The notes under the pieces: generated by a model
What the model was told of the DNA's origin: nothing
Seen by the model: the letters and a program-made list of their open reading frames with translations, nothing else
Database searches by the model: none
Source: a virus
Length of the DNA stretch: 64,000 nt
Strand: one strand, 5' to 3'
Virus record (IMG/VR): IMGVR_UViG_3300032753_001573
Coordinates: 64,001-128,000 of that record
Translations under genes and position numbers: made by a program
In this document: positions 30,769-40,086 of the stretch, in pieces
Layout: each line of letters begins with the position of its first letter
Position numbering within the stretch: position 1 is the first letter of the stretch

Positions 30769-31104
30769 ATGTTGCTATCAAAGACCATAACACAAGGTGA
30801 CATCGCCAGCCTCAAGCTGATAACTGGTGAAGAGATAATTGCTAAAGTAACCGACATCAATGCAGAATCAATGACCATAACTAAACCCATGCAGATTAGT
30901 ATTGGAATGGATGAACGCACAAGACAAGTTGGTATTCAAATGGTTCCATATTTCCTATTATGTGCAGAATCAGATGCTAAACTAACTATTAAGAATTCTC
31001 ATATCATAACATCAACGCTAGCTAACGAGCAAGCTAAGTCTGGTTATATACATAATACAACAGGTTTAACGTTGGCATCTGGTAATGGTGGTTTGACATC
31101 ATGA
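30769..31104 (+). CDS. Conserved phage protein (Sm/SH3-like beta barrel)
   Basis: SLKLITGEEIIAK...TTGL pattern. Confidence 0.6.
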   Translation: MLLSKTITQGDIASLKLITGEEIIAKVTDINAESMTITKPMQISIGMDERTRQVGIQMVPYFLLCAESDAKLTIKNSHIITSTLANEQAKSGYIHNTTGLTLASGNGGLTS

Positions 31105-32018
31105 TAGAAAAACCATTTCAGGGTAAAAGGACGTTTTGTAAGATCAGCGATCAAAACTTTCCAAATCATACCCATGCTGTAATTGGTATAGGTGTAGATA
31201 GCGGAACTACTTTCCGTAGTGGATCGAGGATGGCACCAACGGCGATCAGGGAAGCTAGCATGATGCTTACTGATGGAGTCAATGATGCATTCCCTGTTGA
31301 TATCAAGAAACACTGTGTTGATCTTGGTGATCTAGCCGTAACTAACGGTAATACGTCTAAAATGCTTGAACAGGTAGAAAACAGCGTAAGAAATACTATA
31401 GCATGGAAAAAGCATCCTGTTATACTTGGTGGTGAGCATACCATAACGTTGGCTGCATTAAGAGCTATGAATTCTAGCCATGGTAAGTTGGCTGTAATTC
31501 ATTTTGATGCACATTGCGATACGTGGAGCACACATTTTGACGAACCCATCGGACATGGTACTTGGTTATATAATGCAATCACAGAGGAATTGGTAGATCC
31601 CGCCAAGGTTGTCAGCATAGGGATACGTAGTCCTGCTGACCATAAGTCTAGGATGTTCTTGCATGAAAATGGTGGCACTACATTTACAGCTAGATATGCT
31701 AACCAAAATATGGATGCAGTTGTCTCTAACATCAAGAAATTGGTAGATGAATCACCTTGCTATCTCACATTTGACATAGATTGTCTAGATCCGGCATATG
31801 CTCCTGGTACTGGAACTCCCGAAGTAGGAGGACTCTCTACCATGTGGGTTCTAGAATGTTTGGAAAAATTGTATGATATTGATTTTGTTGGCATGGATTG
31901 TGTAGAGGTAGCTCCCGCATACGATCATTCAGACATAACATCTCTAGCGGCAGCTACAATATGTTGGACCTATCTCAGTATGGTGATTCATAAGCAAAAT
32001 GCCAGTTATAATACATAA
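31101..32018 (+). CDS. speB: Agmatinase (ureohydrolase family)
   Basis: GGEHTI, HFDAHCD, HGT, TFDIDCLDPAYAPGTGTPEVGG, DCVEVAP. Confidence 0.92.
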   Translation: MIEKPFQGKRTFCKISDQNFPNHTHAVIGIGVDSGTTFRSGSRMAPTAIREASMMLTDGVNDAFPVDIKKHCVDLGDLAVTNGNTSKMLEQVENSVRNTIAWKKHPVILGGEHTITLAALRAMNSSHGKLAVIHFDAHCDTWSTHFDEPIGHGTWLYNAITEELVDPAKVVSIGIRSPADHKSRMFLHENGGTTFTARYANQNMDAVVSNIKKLVDESPCYLTFDIDCLDPAYAPGTGTPEVGGLSTMWVLECLEKLYDIDFVGMDCVEVAPAYDHSDITSLAAATICWTYLSMVIHKQNASYNT

Positions 32019-32169
32019 TTATAGCACAGAAATTATTATACATTTGACTTGCGGTGCGTGCAGCAATTGGTGGAGCTATGCTACTACTGAAAACTATCGC
32101 CCGAAACAAATGTATTGCCCACATTGTGGTACGCTAGCACAATGCGAACTGGTTGACATACAGCATTAA
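31999..32169 (+). CDS. Small zinc-ribbon protein (56 aa, not in ORF track)
   Basis: MPVIIHNYSTEIIIHLTCGACSNWWSYA...YCPHCG...; two CxxC pairs. Confidence 0.6.
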   Translation: MPVIIHNYSTEIIIHLTCGACSNWWSYATTENYRPKQMYCPHCGTLAQCELVDIQH

Positions 32170-32186
32170 ACATGCTAGATATAGTT

Positions 32187-32278
32187 GCCTTGCGCTTAGC
32201 AGAGTGATGTCTGCCATAGGGAAGAAGATAATAGGATGTAGGGAAAAGATAATGTCTCTCCCTATAATCCCGCAGGGC
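32187..32278 (+). ncRNA. Candidate structured ncRNA (three-way junction)
   Basis: Closing stem GCCTTGCG/CGCAGGGC, inner stems GCAGA/TCTGC and ATAGGGA/TCCCTAT; TTGACA-N17-TAGATA promoter upstream. Confidence 0.4.
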
Positions 32279-32426
32279 GCTTGTATTTTAATAGATACAT
32301 CTATAGTTGACATGCTAGATAAAAGAGTATACCATATTAGAAGAGTACATATTTGTCTTGTTCTAATATGTTCTCGTTTTCCATTATAGCATTGACAATC
32401 TTACGCCATTGTGCTATACATATCGC

Positions 32427-32498
32427 GTGCTTGTAGTCTAATGGTAAGATATGTGACATCCCAGACACGATGAGAGGTTCGACTCCTTTCCTAGCACA
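32427..32498 (+). tRNA. Degenerate tRNA-like element (anticodon arm aberrant; Gly-like TCC/CCC)
   Basis: Acceptor GTGCTTG/CTAGCAC, D-arm GTCT-AATGGTA-AGAT, T-arm AGAGG-TTCGACT-CCTTT; anticodon stem out of register; no encoded CCA. Confidence 0.6.
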
Positions 32499-32548
32499 AT
32501 TTAATTATAGGGTCTTTACATTCTCATAAACCTGTGCTATAAATAAAA

Positions 32549-32885
32549 TAGCTGTTGTTGATACCAACGGAGATAGCTGGATCGGAAGCGGGAGGCAGAG
32601 CCCGCCCACTCCACCAAAGATACATCGTGAGGGGCTAGTTATACGGCGCATTTGAACAAAGTATAACCCACTGTGTAATAGTGATCATAAAGACAGTGAG
32701 CGGTGTATCTTTGATGGGGTGGAAACAGGATCGACGGACGTTGAAAAGGTTGGAGTAGATAGCCGTGCGCAAGCGACGTACCGCAAGAAAACTATAAGTG
32801 TCAACGATAACGTGGCACCTTATGAGATGAGCCTCGCGGTTTGACCTCAATGGGTTTGGTTTAGCCTGGAAACAGAATTAAACCA
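32549..32885 (+). ncRNA. ssrA: Circularly permuted two-piece tmRNA (alphaproteobacterial type)
   Basis: Acceptor piece ends CCACTCC-A-CCA (32616); coding piece starts GGGGTGGAAACAGGATCGAC (32716); G3.U70 pair; tag frame 32800-32844 VNDNVAPYEMSLAV; CCTGGAAACAGAA 3' hairpin. The 5' end is approximate. Confidence 0.92.
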
Positions 32886-32912
32886 AAGAGGGCGGGAAAC
32901 CGTCCTCTTTTT
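32885..32912 (+). terminator. Intrinsic terminator of ssrA
   Basis: AAAGAGGGCGG-GAAA-CCGTCCTCTTT followed by T-run. Confidence 0.85.
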
Positions 32913-33149
32913 ATTGACAAATATATCAATGATATCATAAACTACTATTGTTACATAGAAATTGTAACATATAAATATGTTGGTGGTAATAGCAGACTAT
33001 TGCCATCCAACGAGAAATGATAGATACTGACTAAGAACTAGAAATATTATATTTAATTATGTATGGTTAGCCACGCGATGAGCGTAGAATTAACCAGATC
33101 TAAATGATGATGTTATTTAAAGTTTTATGAAATAAGTATTTGAAGCTAT

Positions 33150-33187
33150 AGAGGTAACAACACTAGGTGTTGTTACCTCTTATCTTT
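33150..33187 (+). terminator. 14-bp perfect hairpin, probable terminator
   Basis: AGAGGTAACAACAC-TAG-GTGTTGTTACCTCT then TATCTTT. Confidence 0.6.
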
Positions 33188-33280
33188 GGTAGCTCATTGA
33201 CAAATAACTATAATACATGCTATCTTATTATGATCATGTAAATTCAGTATAAAATAAAATAAACAGAAAGAATTATATAG

Positions 33281-35164
33281 ATGGTAACTGTGAAGAATGA
33301 TGAAATTGTCAAGCTGAGCGATTATTCTCATGCACGTCTGCGTACAGAAATGTACTTGGGTAGCAGGAGCCCGCATACTCAAATTATAGTAAATTGGGAT
33401 GGTACCAAATTGGCTCCCGTAGAGATGACGTGGACACCTGCTGTATATTGTGCATTCCGCGAAATACTAGACAATGCTCTAGATGAAGTAATCGGACACG
33501 GATTTGGCAGCAAGATAGATGTCACATATGATCCCAAGACTACTGAATTTACTGTAGCAGATGACGGCAGAGGTATTCCTATTGATTGGGATGAAACTGA
33601 GAGGATGCACAAGGCAACAATTGCCCTAACACAAGCTCGAGCTGGCCGTAACTTTGGAAATCGTGAGGAAGTCAGAGGAACCAATGGTATCGGAGCGTCT
33701 GTGGTTGTCAATTGCAGTGAATACTTTGATATAATAGTACATAGAGACAATCAAAGATTTGCTCAAAGTTTCCACGAGGGCAACGAAATATTTGACCAGC
33801 TTGATATCAAAGAACCAAAGATCACTAAGAGCGGTGCCAAGACAGGCACCGAGATAAAATTCAAACTCAGCAAGACTGTGTTCAAGAAGATCAAACTACC
33901 TATTGATTTTGTTAGGGCACGTATATTTGAGATAGCTGCCAACCATCCCAAGATACGAATCACTTTCAACAGTGAGCGAGTAGTTGTTAAGCCAACTATT
34001 GAAAAGACTATGTTTGCTAGCAACGATGTAATCACCATCGAAGTCAATGACAAGAAATTCAAGAGCAATTATTATCTAGTACCCGGGTTCTCTGCCGACG
34101 GCGAATATCTACATACAACTGTTAATGACATTCCTGCATTCAACGGAGGTCAGCATATTGATACGTTCAAGCGACTGTTCTACGGTGGATTGCTCAAGGG
34201 TTTAGAGCGAGAAAGCAAGCGCCGCGGATTAACACCCAATAGGTCAGACATTTCAGATGGTTTGTTGATCTACAATGTAACATTCATGCATTCCCCAAAC
34301 TTTGATAGCCAGAGCAAAACAAGATTAATCAATGATGATGTTGATGGTTATATCAAAACGGTACTAGAGAACGAGGATACGTTCAAAAAGATCATCAAGA
34401 GCAACAAAGAATGGATTGATCAAATCTATGCCCGATGTGCTGCTAGAACTCAAAAGAAAGACACTGCCGACCTTGCCAAATTGGGTCGCAAGCTTATGCG
34501 TAACAAAGTTCCCAAACTATTGGATGCTAACGGCAAAGACAGGACCAAGTGCATATTGATCATCACCGAGGGAGATTCGGCCAAGGGCATGATATCGGCT
34601 GTTCGCGATCCAGAAGTACACGGCGCATTGCCGCTACGAGGTAAGATTCTAAATGTCAGAGGTGAAGCGCCCAAGGTGATCATCGAAAATCAAATCATTC
34701 AGGATCTCATGACCAGTATTGGGTGTGTGCTGGGACAACCGGCTGAACGCAAAGATTTGAGATATGGTCGTGTCTATCTAGCTGCTGACCAAGATCCAGA
34801 CGGGGCCAATATCACAGCACTATTGGTTAATTTCTTCTATTTGCATTGGCCAGAACTATTTGATCCCAATCAAGAACCATTCTTCTATGCGTTCCAAACT
34901 CCTTTTATTATTCAAGAGAAGGGCAAGACCAGACACTATTGGTATGCTCACAACTATCACGAGTACAATCCTGCAGATTGGAAGAATTGTCCAAAGCCAA
35001 CTAGAGCCAAAGGTCTAGGTAGTTTAGAGGAAGCTGATTGGATACACAGTCTTGCTAATCCGCAGCTTATTGCGCTAGTAGATGACGGCAATCTTGGCGA
35101 AGTTTTGGATCTCATATTCAACCATGAGAAAGCTGATGCTCGCAAGGATTGGATATCTCTCTAA
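33281..35164 (+). CDS. Type IIA DNA topoisomerase ATPase/TOPRIM subunit (gp39+60 / GyrB-like)
   Basis: EILDNALDE, DDGRGIP, GTNGIG, EGDSA, PLRGKILN, DQDPDG, KGLGS. Confidence 0.95.
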   Translation: MVTVKNDEIVKLSDYSHARLRTEMYLGSRSPHTQIIVNWDGTKLAPVEMTWTPAVYCAFREILDNALDEVIGHGFGSKIDVTYDPKTTEFTVADDGRGIPIDWDETERMHKATIALTQARAGRNFGNREEVRGTNGIGASVVVNCSEYFDIIVHRDNQRFAQSFHEGNEIFDQLDIKEPKITKSGAKTGTEIKFKLSKTVFKKIKLPIDFVRARIFEIAANHPKIRITFNSERVVVKPTIEKTMFASNDVITIEVNDKKFKSNYYLVPGFSADGEYLHTTVNDIPAFNGGQHIDTFKRLFYGGLLKGLERESKRRGLTPNRSDISDGLLIYNVTFMHSPNFDSQSKTRLINDDVDGYIKTVLENEDTFKKIIKSNKEWIDQIYARCAARTQKKDTADLAKLGRKLMRNKVPKLLDANGKDRTKCILIITEGDSAKGMISAVRDPEVHGALPLRGKILNVRGEAPKVIIENQIIQDLMTSIGCVLGQPAERKDLRYGRVYLAADQDPDGANITALLVNFFYLHWPELFDPNQEPFFYAFQTPFIIQEKGKTRHYWYAHNYHEYNPADWKNCPKPTRAKGLGSLEEADWIHSLANPQLIALVDDGNLGEVLDLIFNHEKADARKDWISL

Positions 35165-35174
35165 GGCAATTGAC

Positions 35175-35510
35175 ATGAATCACAAAGACCTACGTGCTGC
35201 AGTAACTAACAAATTTAATATCAAGCATCCTCCTGGATATTCTATCATTTATAGCGAATTATCTATTACATATATGGATATGTTAACAATTGTAGGTTTA
35301 GATATTAATGATCCGTTTAGAGAAGATATTCTAGCACTTAGAAGTTGGGCCAATGAGCACGGTGTTCTTGAAGATTTAAATGACAGACTATATACATGGG
35401 CATTATATGATGCGCCTAGTGATGCAATAAGAATTAGATTATTCTTAGATATACCGGATACAGAAACGCGAACAATCTTCGCACTATGTCATCCACACAT
35501 AAAATGCTAA
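35175..35510 (+). CDS. Hypothetical protein inserted between topoisomerase subunit genes
   Basis: 111-aa ORF; W...G...TIFAL C-terminal pattern. Confidence 0.55.
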   Translation: MNHKDLRAAVTNKFNIKHPPGYSIIYSELSITYMDMLTIVGLDINDPFREDILALRSWANEHGVLEDLNDRLYTWALYDAPSDAIRIRLFLDIPDTETRTIFALCHPHIKC

Positions 35511-35550
35511 ATGCAAATACTGTAAGTTGCAAACCAAGGGAATTAAAAAG

Positions 35551-36948
35551 ATGGCACGGGAAGAATTGCAAGAAAAACAAGTAGAAGTCCTCACAGCATA
35601 TGGGAATACAACTGACTATATAAAGAATACAAGTAGGGATTATTCTATATATGTATGTCAGAGCCGAGGTATTCCAAGCATCTGCGACGGTCTCAAGGAT
35701 GCACAAAGAAAAGCCTTGTTTATCATCAAACCTCTAACTGATAAGATTAAAACTATATCATTAGCAGGTTCTATGATATCCTCAAATATCTATCTACACG
35801 GAGACGCCAGTGCAGCAGAAACTTTAAGTTTGATGGCTGCTCTCTATTGTAATAATGTGCCATTCTTGCATGGTATAGGCGCGTTTGGCACCAAAGTTGG
35901 TCCAACTGACTGGGGTGCTCCTCGTTATACATATCTCAAGAAATATGCTATGACTGATTCTTTGATTTATCCAGATTATGACATCATACCTCTCAAAGAG
36001 AATTACGATGGTTCTGTCATGGAGCCTAAAAACTTCTTGCCTCTGATTCCTCTTGTACTACTCAATGGTATTAGTGGTATTGCAGTGGGATGGAGTACAG
36101 AAATATTACCTCATGCTCTAGATGATTTAATAAATGCAACTTTAGCAGCTATCGACGATGCACCGATACCAAAGTTGATACCCAAGTATGATTATCTTGA
36201 TTGTAATGTGCGTAACATAGCAGGTAATAGCTGGGAATTTACCGGCAAGGTACGTTTTGATGGCAACACTATCTGGGTAGAAGAACTACCTCCCGATCTT
36301 AGCTTGGAGAAATTTAAAGCTCGTTTGAATCAAATGGAAGACGAGGAACGCATCAATACCTACATTGATCGCAGTACCAAAGACATTAAAATTGAAGTAC
36401 GCTTCAAACGTGGTACTATAGCTGATTGGACAGAAGACAACGCTATAGATTTCTTCAAGCTGCGTAGCAAGGCAACCGAACGCATAGTTGTACTCGATTG
36501 GGCTGGCGATAGCATTAAACAATATGAGACTGCAGAACAATTGGTTAAGGAATTCGTCGAATGGCGGTTGGGATTCTACAAAGTACGTTACCAGCGTATG
36601 GTTGATGAGGTTACGGCTGATCTCTGCTATAATCTAGCGTTGAAAGCGTGTTTTGATGGAAACTTGCCAGCATTTTTACCAACTGCTGCAAACAAGAAAG
36701 CAATTGTAGAACAGATCAAGATACTAACTGATGGTATTCCAATTGGAGACGATCAACACAGCCAAATAGCAGCATTGCCCAGCTATAGATGGGCCAAAGA
36801 CAGTTATCAGGACATCTTGGATAATATTGATAAGCTTAGTAAAACTTTGGCAGATTACCAATCAATATTGGCTAGCCCAAAGAAACAGCGCGAAATCTAC
36901 AAGAAGGAAGTACAGGCTCTCAAGAAGTTACCAAAGATTGATAGGTGA
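35551..36948 (+). CDS. Type IIA DNA topoisomerase breakage-reunion subunit (gp52 / GyrA-like)
   Basis: DGLKDAQRK, YLHGD, catalytic APRYT, LLNGISGIAVGW. Confidence 0.95.
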   Translation: MAREELQEKQVEVLTAYGNTTDYIKNTSRDYSIYVCQSRGIPSICDGLKDAQRKALFIIKPLTDKIKTISLAGSMISSNIYLHGDASAAETLSLMAALYCNNVPFLHGIGAFGTKVGPTDWGAPRYTYLKKYAMTDSLIYPDYDIIPLKENYDGSVMEPKNFLPLIPLVLLNGISGIAVGWSTEILPHALDDLINATLAAIDDAPIPKLIPKYDYLDCNVRNIAGNSWEFTGKVRFDGNTIWVEELPPDLSLEKFKARLNQMEDEERINTYIDRSTKDIKIEVRFKRGTIADWTEDNAIDFFKLRSKATERIVVLDWAGDSIKQYETAEQLVKEFVEWRLGFYKVRYQRMVDEVTADLCYNLALKACFDGNLPAFLPTAANKKAIVEQIKILTDGIPIGDDQHSQIAALPSYRWAKDSYQDILDNIDKLSKTLADYQSILASPKKQREIYKKEVQALKKLPKIDR

Positions 36949-37011
36949 TTGTTGGTTGACAATATATCACTTACAATGTAATTTCATTCTGAATTAACCA
37001 GAGAGGATAAC

Positions 37012-37947
37012 GTGAAAACTCCAACTTTAGGAGAATTGTTGGCTAATAGTCAACGTGTGCTAATCGGCGTTAGTGGTGGTGCAGACTCTATGGCATTGCT
37101 ACATATGATTCACCAAGAACGCGACAATTTAGCTAAAGATTTCAAAGTTCTGCATGTAGATCATCAGATTAATCCTAATAGTGCTGCATGGGCCAAGCTT
37201 GTGGAAGATTATTGCGCTAGCATTGACATGCCCTGCGAAGTGGTCACAGTTGACGTGTCGATGTGGGGAAATAATTTAGAGCAAGCTGCTCGAAAAAGCC
37301 GTTATGATGCATTTTCAAAACAAGATTGCGATACCATTGTGCTAGCTCACCACGCTGACGATCAGGTAGAAACATTCTTTCTCAAGTTGTTCAGGGGTAG
37401 CGGTCCCAAAGGGTTGAGGTGCATGAGCCCAAATTCCCCCTGTTGGTTTGACGAGAGCAAACGAGTCGTGCGACCATTGCTAGACATGTCTAAATCGCAA
37501 CTTGTTGAATATGTTCATGACAATAATATCCCTTATGTTACAGATCCCAGCAATGTTGATATCAGCTATGATCGCAATTGGATTCGACAGTGTCTAGTAC
37601 CAACCATTCAAGAGCGCAATGAAATTGCAGACATCAACATCCGCAAAGCTGCTGCTATTCAAGAAGAAGCTTATGGGTTGATGACTGATCTAGCTCGTAT
37701 TGATCTTGATAATGTAAAGATGTCAAATGGTGATTTAGATTGGAAGAAGCTGCGTTTGCTGAGCGTGCCACGAGTTAAAAATTTAGTGATGTTTGTTTGT
37801 GCAGAAAACAACATTATTGATGTCAGTATTCACCATGTTGAAGCCTTTGCTAGAGGTCTCATCAATGCAGACTACGACAGCAAGAATGAGCTAAGGCTAA
37901 GAGACTTTCACATGTATAAGCGCGGTCGCCGCGTTATCATTGACTGA
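37012..37947 (+). CDS. tilS: tRNA(Ile)-lysidine synthetase (short form)
   Basis: PP-loop SGGADS, HVDH, HHADDQVETF, RPLL, DPSN..RNWIR. Confidence 0.92.
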   Translation: MKTPTLGELLANSQRVLIGVSGGADSMALLHMIHQERDNLAKDFKVLHVDHQINPNSAAWAKLVEDYCASIDMPCEVVTVDVSMWGNNLEQAARKSRYDAFSKQDCDTIVLAHHADDQVETFFLKLFRGSGPKGLRCMSPNSPCWFDESKRVVRPLLDMSKSQLVEYVHDNNIPYVTDPSNVDISYDRNWIRQCLVPTIQERNEIADINIRKAAAIQEEAYGLMTDLARIDLDNVKMSNGDLDWKKLRLLSVPRVKNLVMFVCAENNIIDVSIHHVEAFARGLINADYDSKNELRLRDFHMYKRGRRVIID

Positions 37948-38035
37948 TTTCAACTATATATAGTATAATTATATTTGTGCATCGAGACAAGCCATGAGTG
38001 CTATACTCGAATGTGCTACCAAACAGGAGAGAACC

Positions 38036-38680
38036 ATGACTAAAAAACATGCTATCGCGTGTGTAATAGCGCTTTTGGCGTCTGCATCAACTATGCAAAT
38101 AAACACTGCATCGGCTATTGAGAATAATTCTATTGATATACATCATAAACATACCCGTCATATGAAAAATGAAGCTAATGAATCTGTAACAACAAATAAC
38201 ATTGGTCATAATAAACATGCAGTAGACAATACATTAAATTCTAACCAATTGTCAAACACAAATGATAATGTGCTGAATGTAGCAAGTAACTATATTGGTT
38301 TGAAATCCAGCACCAATCGATTTGAGCTTATGGATTTATTTAGGGGTGAGTTTTTACGTAATATAGATCCAACTCGTATACCATGGTGTGCAGCATTTGT
38401 TAATGCTATTTTGAAAAAGTCTGGTACCGATAGCACGCATAGCCTTGATGCAAACAGTTTTATGACATGGGGACATACCACCAACTCTCCTAAAACAGGC
38501 GATATAGTTCTTCTGAGGTTTGGTCGCCACACAGGTATTGATCACGTTGGTTTCTATCTTGATACTGTGGTTGTAGATGGAGAACATTATATCAGAGTTG
38601 TAGGCGGTAATCAGAGTCACCAAGTGCAGGTGTCTTATTTCAGGCCTACACAAGTAGTGTCATATAGAACTGCTAGTTAA
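38036..38680 (+). CDS. Secreted NlpC/P60 (TIGR02594-type) cell-wall hydrolase
   Basis: Signal peptide; PWCAAFVN, GDIV, HVGFY, GGNQS. Confidence 0.82.
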   Translation: MTKKHAIACVIALLASASTMQINTASAIENNSIDIHHKHTRHMKNEANESVTTNNIGHNKHAVDNTLNSNQLSNTNDNVLNVASNYIGLKSSTNRFELMDLFRGEFLRNIDPTRIPWCAAFVNAILKKSGTDSTHSLDANSFMTWGHTTNSPKTGDIVLLRFGRHTGIDHVGFYLDTVVVDGEHYIRVVGGNQSHQVQVSYFRPTQVVSYRTAS

Positions 38681-38741
38681 TTAGGTACCTCGGTTAAATT
38701 TAACAACCATACTCTTAGCTACCCAACCAACAAAATTTAAT

Positions 38742-39992
38742 TTATTGTCTATACATATCATATAAACAATTATTGCATATCAGTGCATTTTGATTGTTCA
38801 TTAGGTTGGAGAGATTATGAAGGCAAGTTTCTCTAGATTCATCTATAAATCTAGAGAACTTATCGCTGGGCCAACTGGCTATATCTGATATCAAATCTAT
38901 GATCTTTTGCATTCTAATGTTACCATCCACAATATCGTCATAACTTTCATCTATCCAGTTGCCAAACGTCTTGTATCCTAGATTTCTAAGTTCTGCTAGA
39001 GATCCTGTAGAATTTAACATGATGAATGGTTGGCAATATCTAATAGGATGGAAGGTCTTCTCACTGAAGAATATCGAATCTTCATAAAACATAGTTTCAG
39101 TAACAATGCTCATACCGGTACGAGAATAATAATAACCAACATTGTTGTTTTCATGGTAATTGGCTAAGTTTGGTGTCCAGTTGTCTGTATCTACAATCAT
39201 TGGTAGTTTTGGATACAGTTTTTCTAATGATTCTATTGTGATTTTATAGTCGGGTGTGACTGAGGGTAATGCTATTCTAGCATAGTCTAATATATCAATG
39301 TCAAATGAATATTTGCTGAAGCTGATAACAAAATAATCTAACAGGTTTGCTTCGTATAATTTAGATAGTAGTAATAACCTGTGTGGTCTATGTATCCTAT
39401 TGAACGAAAGGAATCTTTTTATTAAAGGCAGCTTGATGTCAGACCGGTGTCCTTCTTTTGCCAAGTTTCGTGCTATTCTTTCAAAAGTTAAATTTACCAA
39501 AGGTCTAATATTGTAACCTTTATTGGCAAAATGGTCATTTGCATTAATTGACCCTGTAATAAACAATACTCTATCTAACGGTATATTTCTTTTGAGCATG
39601 AATGATTCTGCTGCATGTACCCGTGCATCATCATACCAACACTCTGATGCAAGATTAATAGCTATGAACCCTAATTTTTTGTGCAAACCGTCTATCAATA
39701 ATGGATTAGACAAAAACTTATCTAACATTGGACTATCTTCTGCGAAGATGTCTCTGTCATAATACCATTGCAATACATATATCCATTTGTCGTTCTGAGA
39801 TAGGTCTTGTACATTTTTATATTCAAATCTTGGATCGTGATCGAAGATGTCGTTTAACGTATCATCTTGGAAAAACCAATCTTTGTCCAAATCAATTGCC
39901 CATGGTCCTATTAAATTGTCGCCTATCCAGTTCCATTGAGGTTTACCTTCTTTGGATTCGTGGAACAATATATAAACTTTGTGATCGGACAT
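38742..39992 (-). CDS. Hypothetical protein of a glycosyltransferase-like family seen in large phages
   Basis: FLSFNR..RPHR, IVTET, SEKTFHPI..QPF, LGYKTF..DESYD motifs. Confidence 0.55.
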   Translation of the reverse strand: MSDHKVYILFHESKEGKPQWNWIGDNLIGPWAIDLDKDWFFQDDTLNDIFDHDPRFEYKNVQDLSQNDKWIYVLQWYYDRDIFAEDSPMLDKFLSNPLLIDGLHKKLGFIAINLASECWYDDARVHAAESFMLKRNIPLDRVLFITGSINANDHFANKGYNIRPLVNLTFERIARNLAKEGHRSDIKLPLIKRFLSFNRIHRPHRLLLLSKLYEANLLDYFVISFSKYSFDIDILDYARIALPSVTPDYKITIESLEKLYPKLPMIVDTDNWTPNLANYHENNNVGYYYSRTGMSIVTETMFYEDSIFFSEKTFHPIRYCQPFIMLNSTGSLAELRNLGYKTFGNWIDESYDDIVDGNIRMQKIIDLISDIASWPSDKFSRFIDESRETCLHNLSNLMNNQNALICNNCLYDMYRQ

Positions 39993-40086
39993 TTGTGATA
40001 TTTACCAACTGTATATCACAAGAAAAATGTGCGTTTGACAGATCGCAGCACACGACGTATCATTATAACAGTGACGAGGTATCAAC

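Noticed and set aside
32333-32370. 10-bp hairpin CATATTAGAA/TTCTAATATG as a separate ncRNA
   Set aside because: AT-rich and overlaps a probable -10 box; insufficient evidence.
32153-32850. ORFs 32153-32389 (+) and 32635-32850 (-)
   Set aside because: They start inside a promoter or lie antisense to tmRNA; structured RNA explains the region better.
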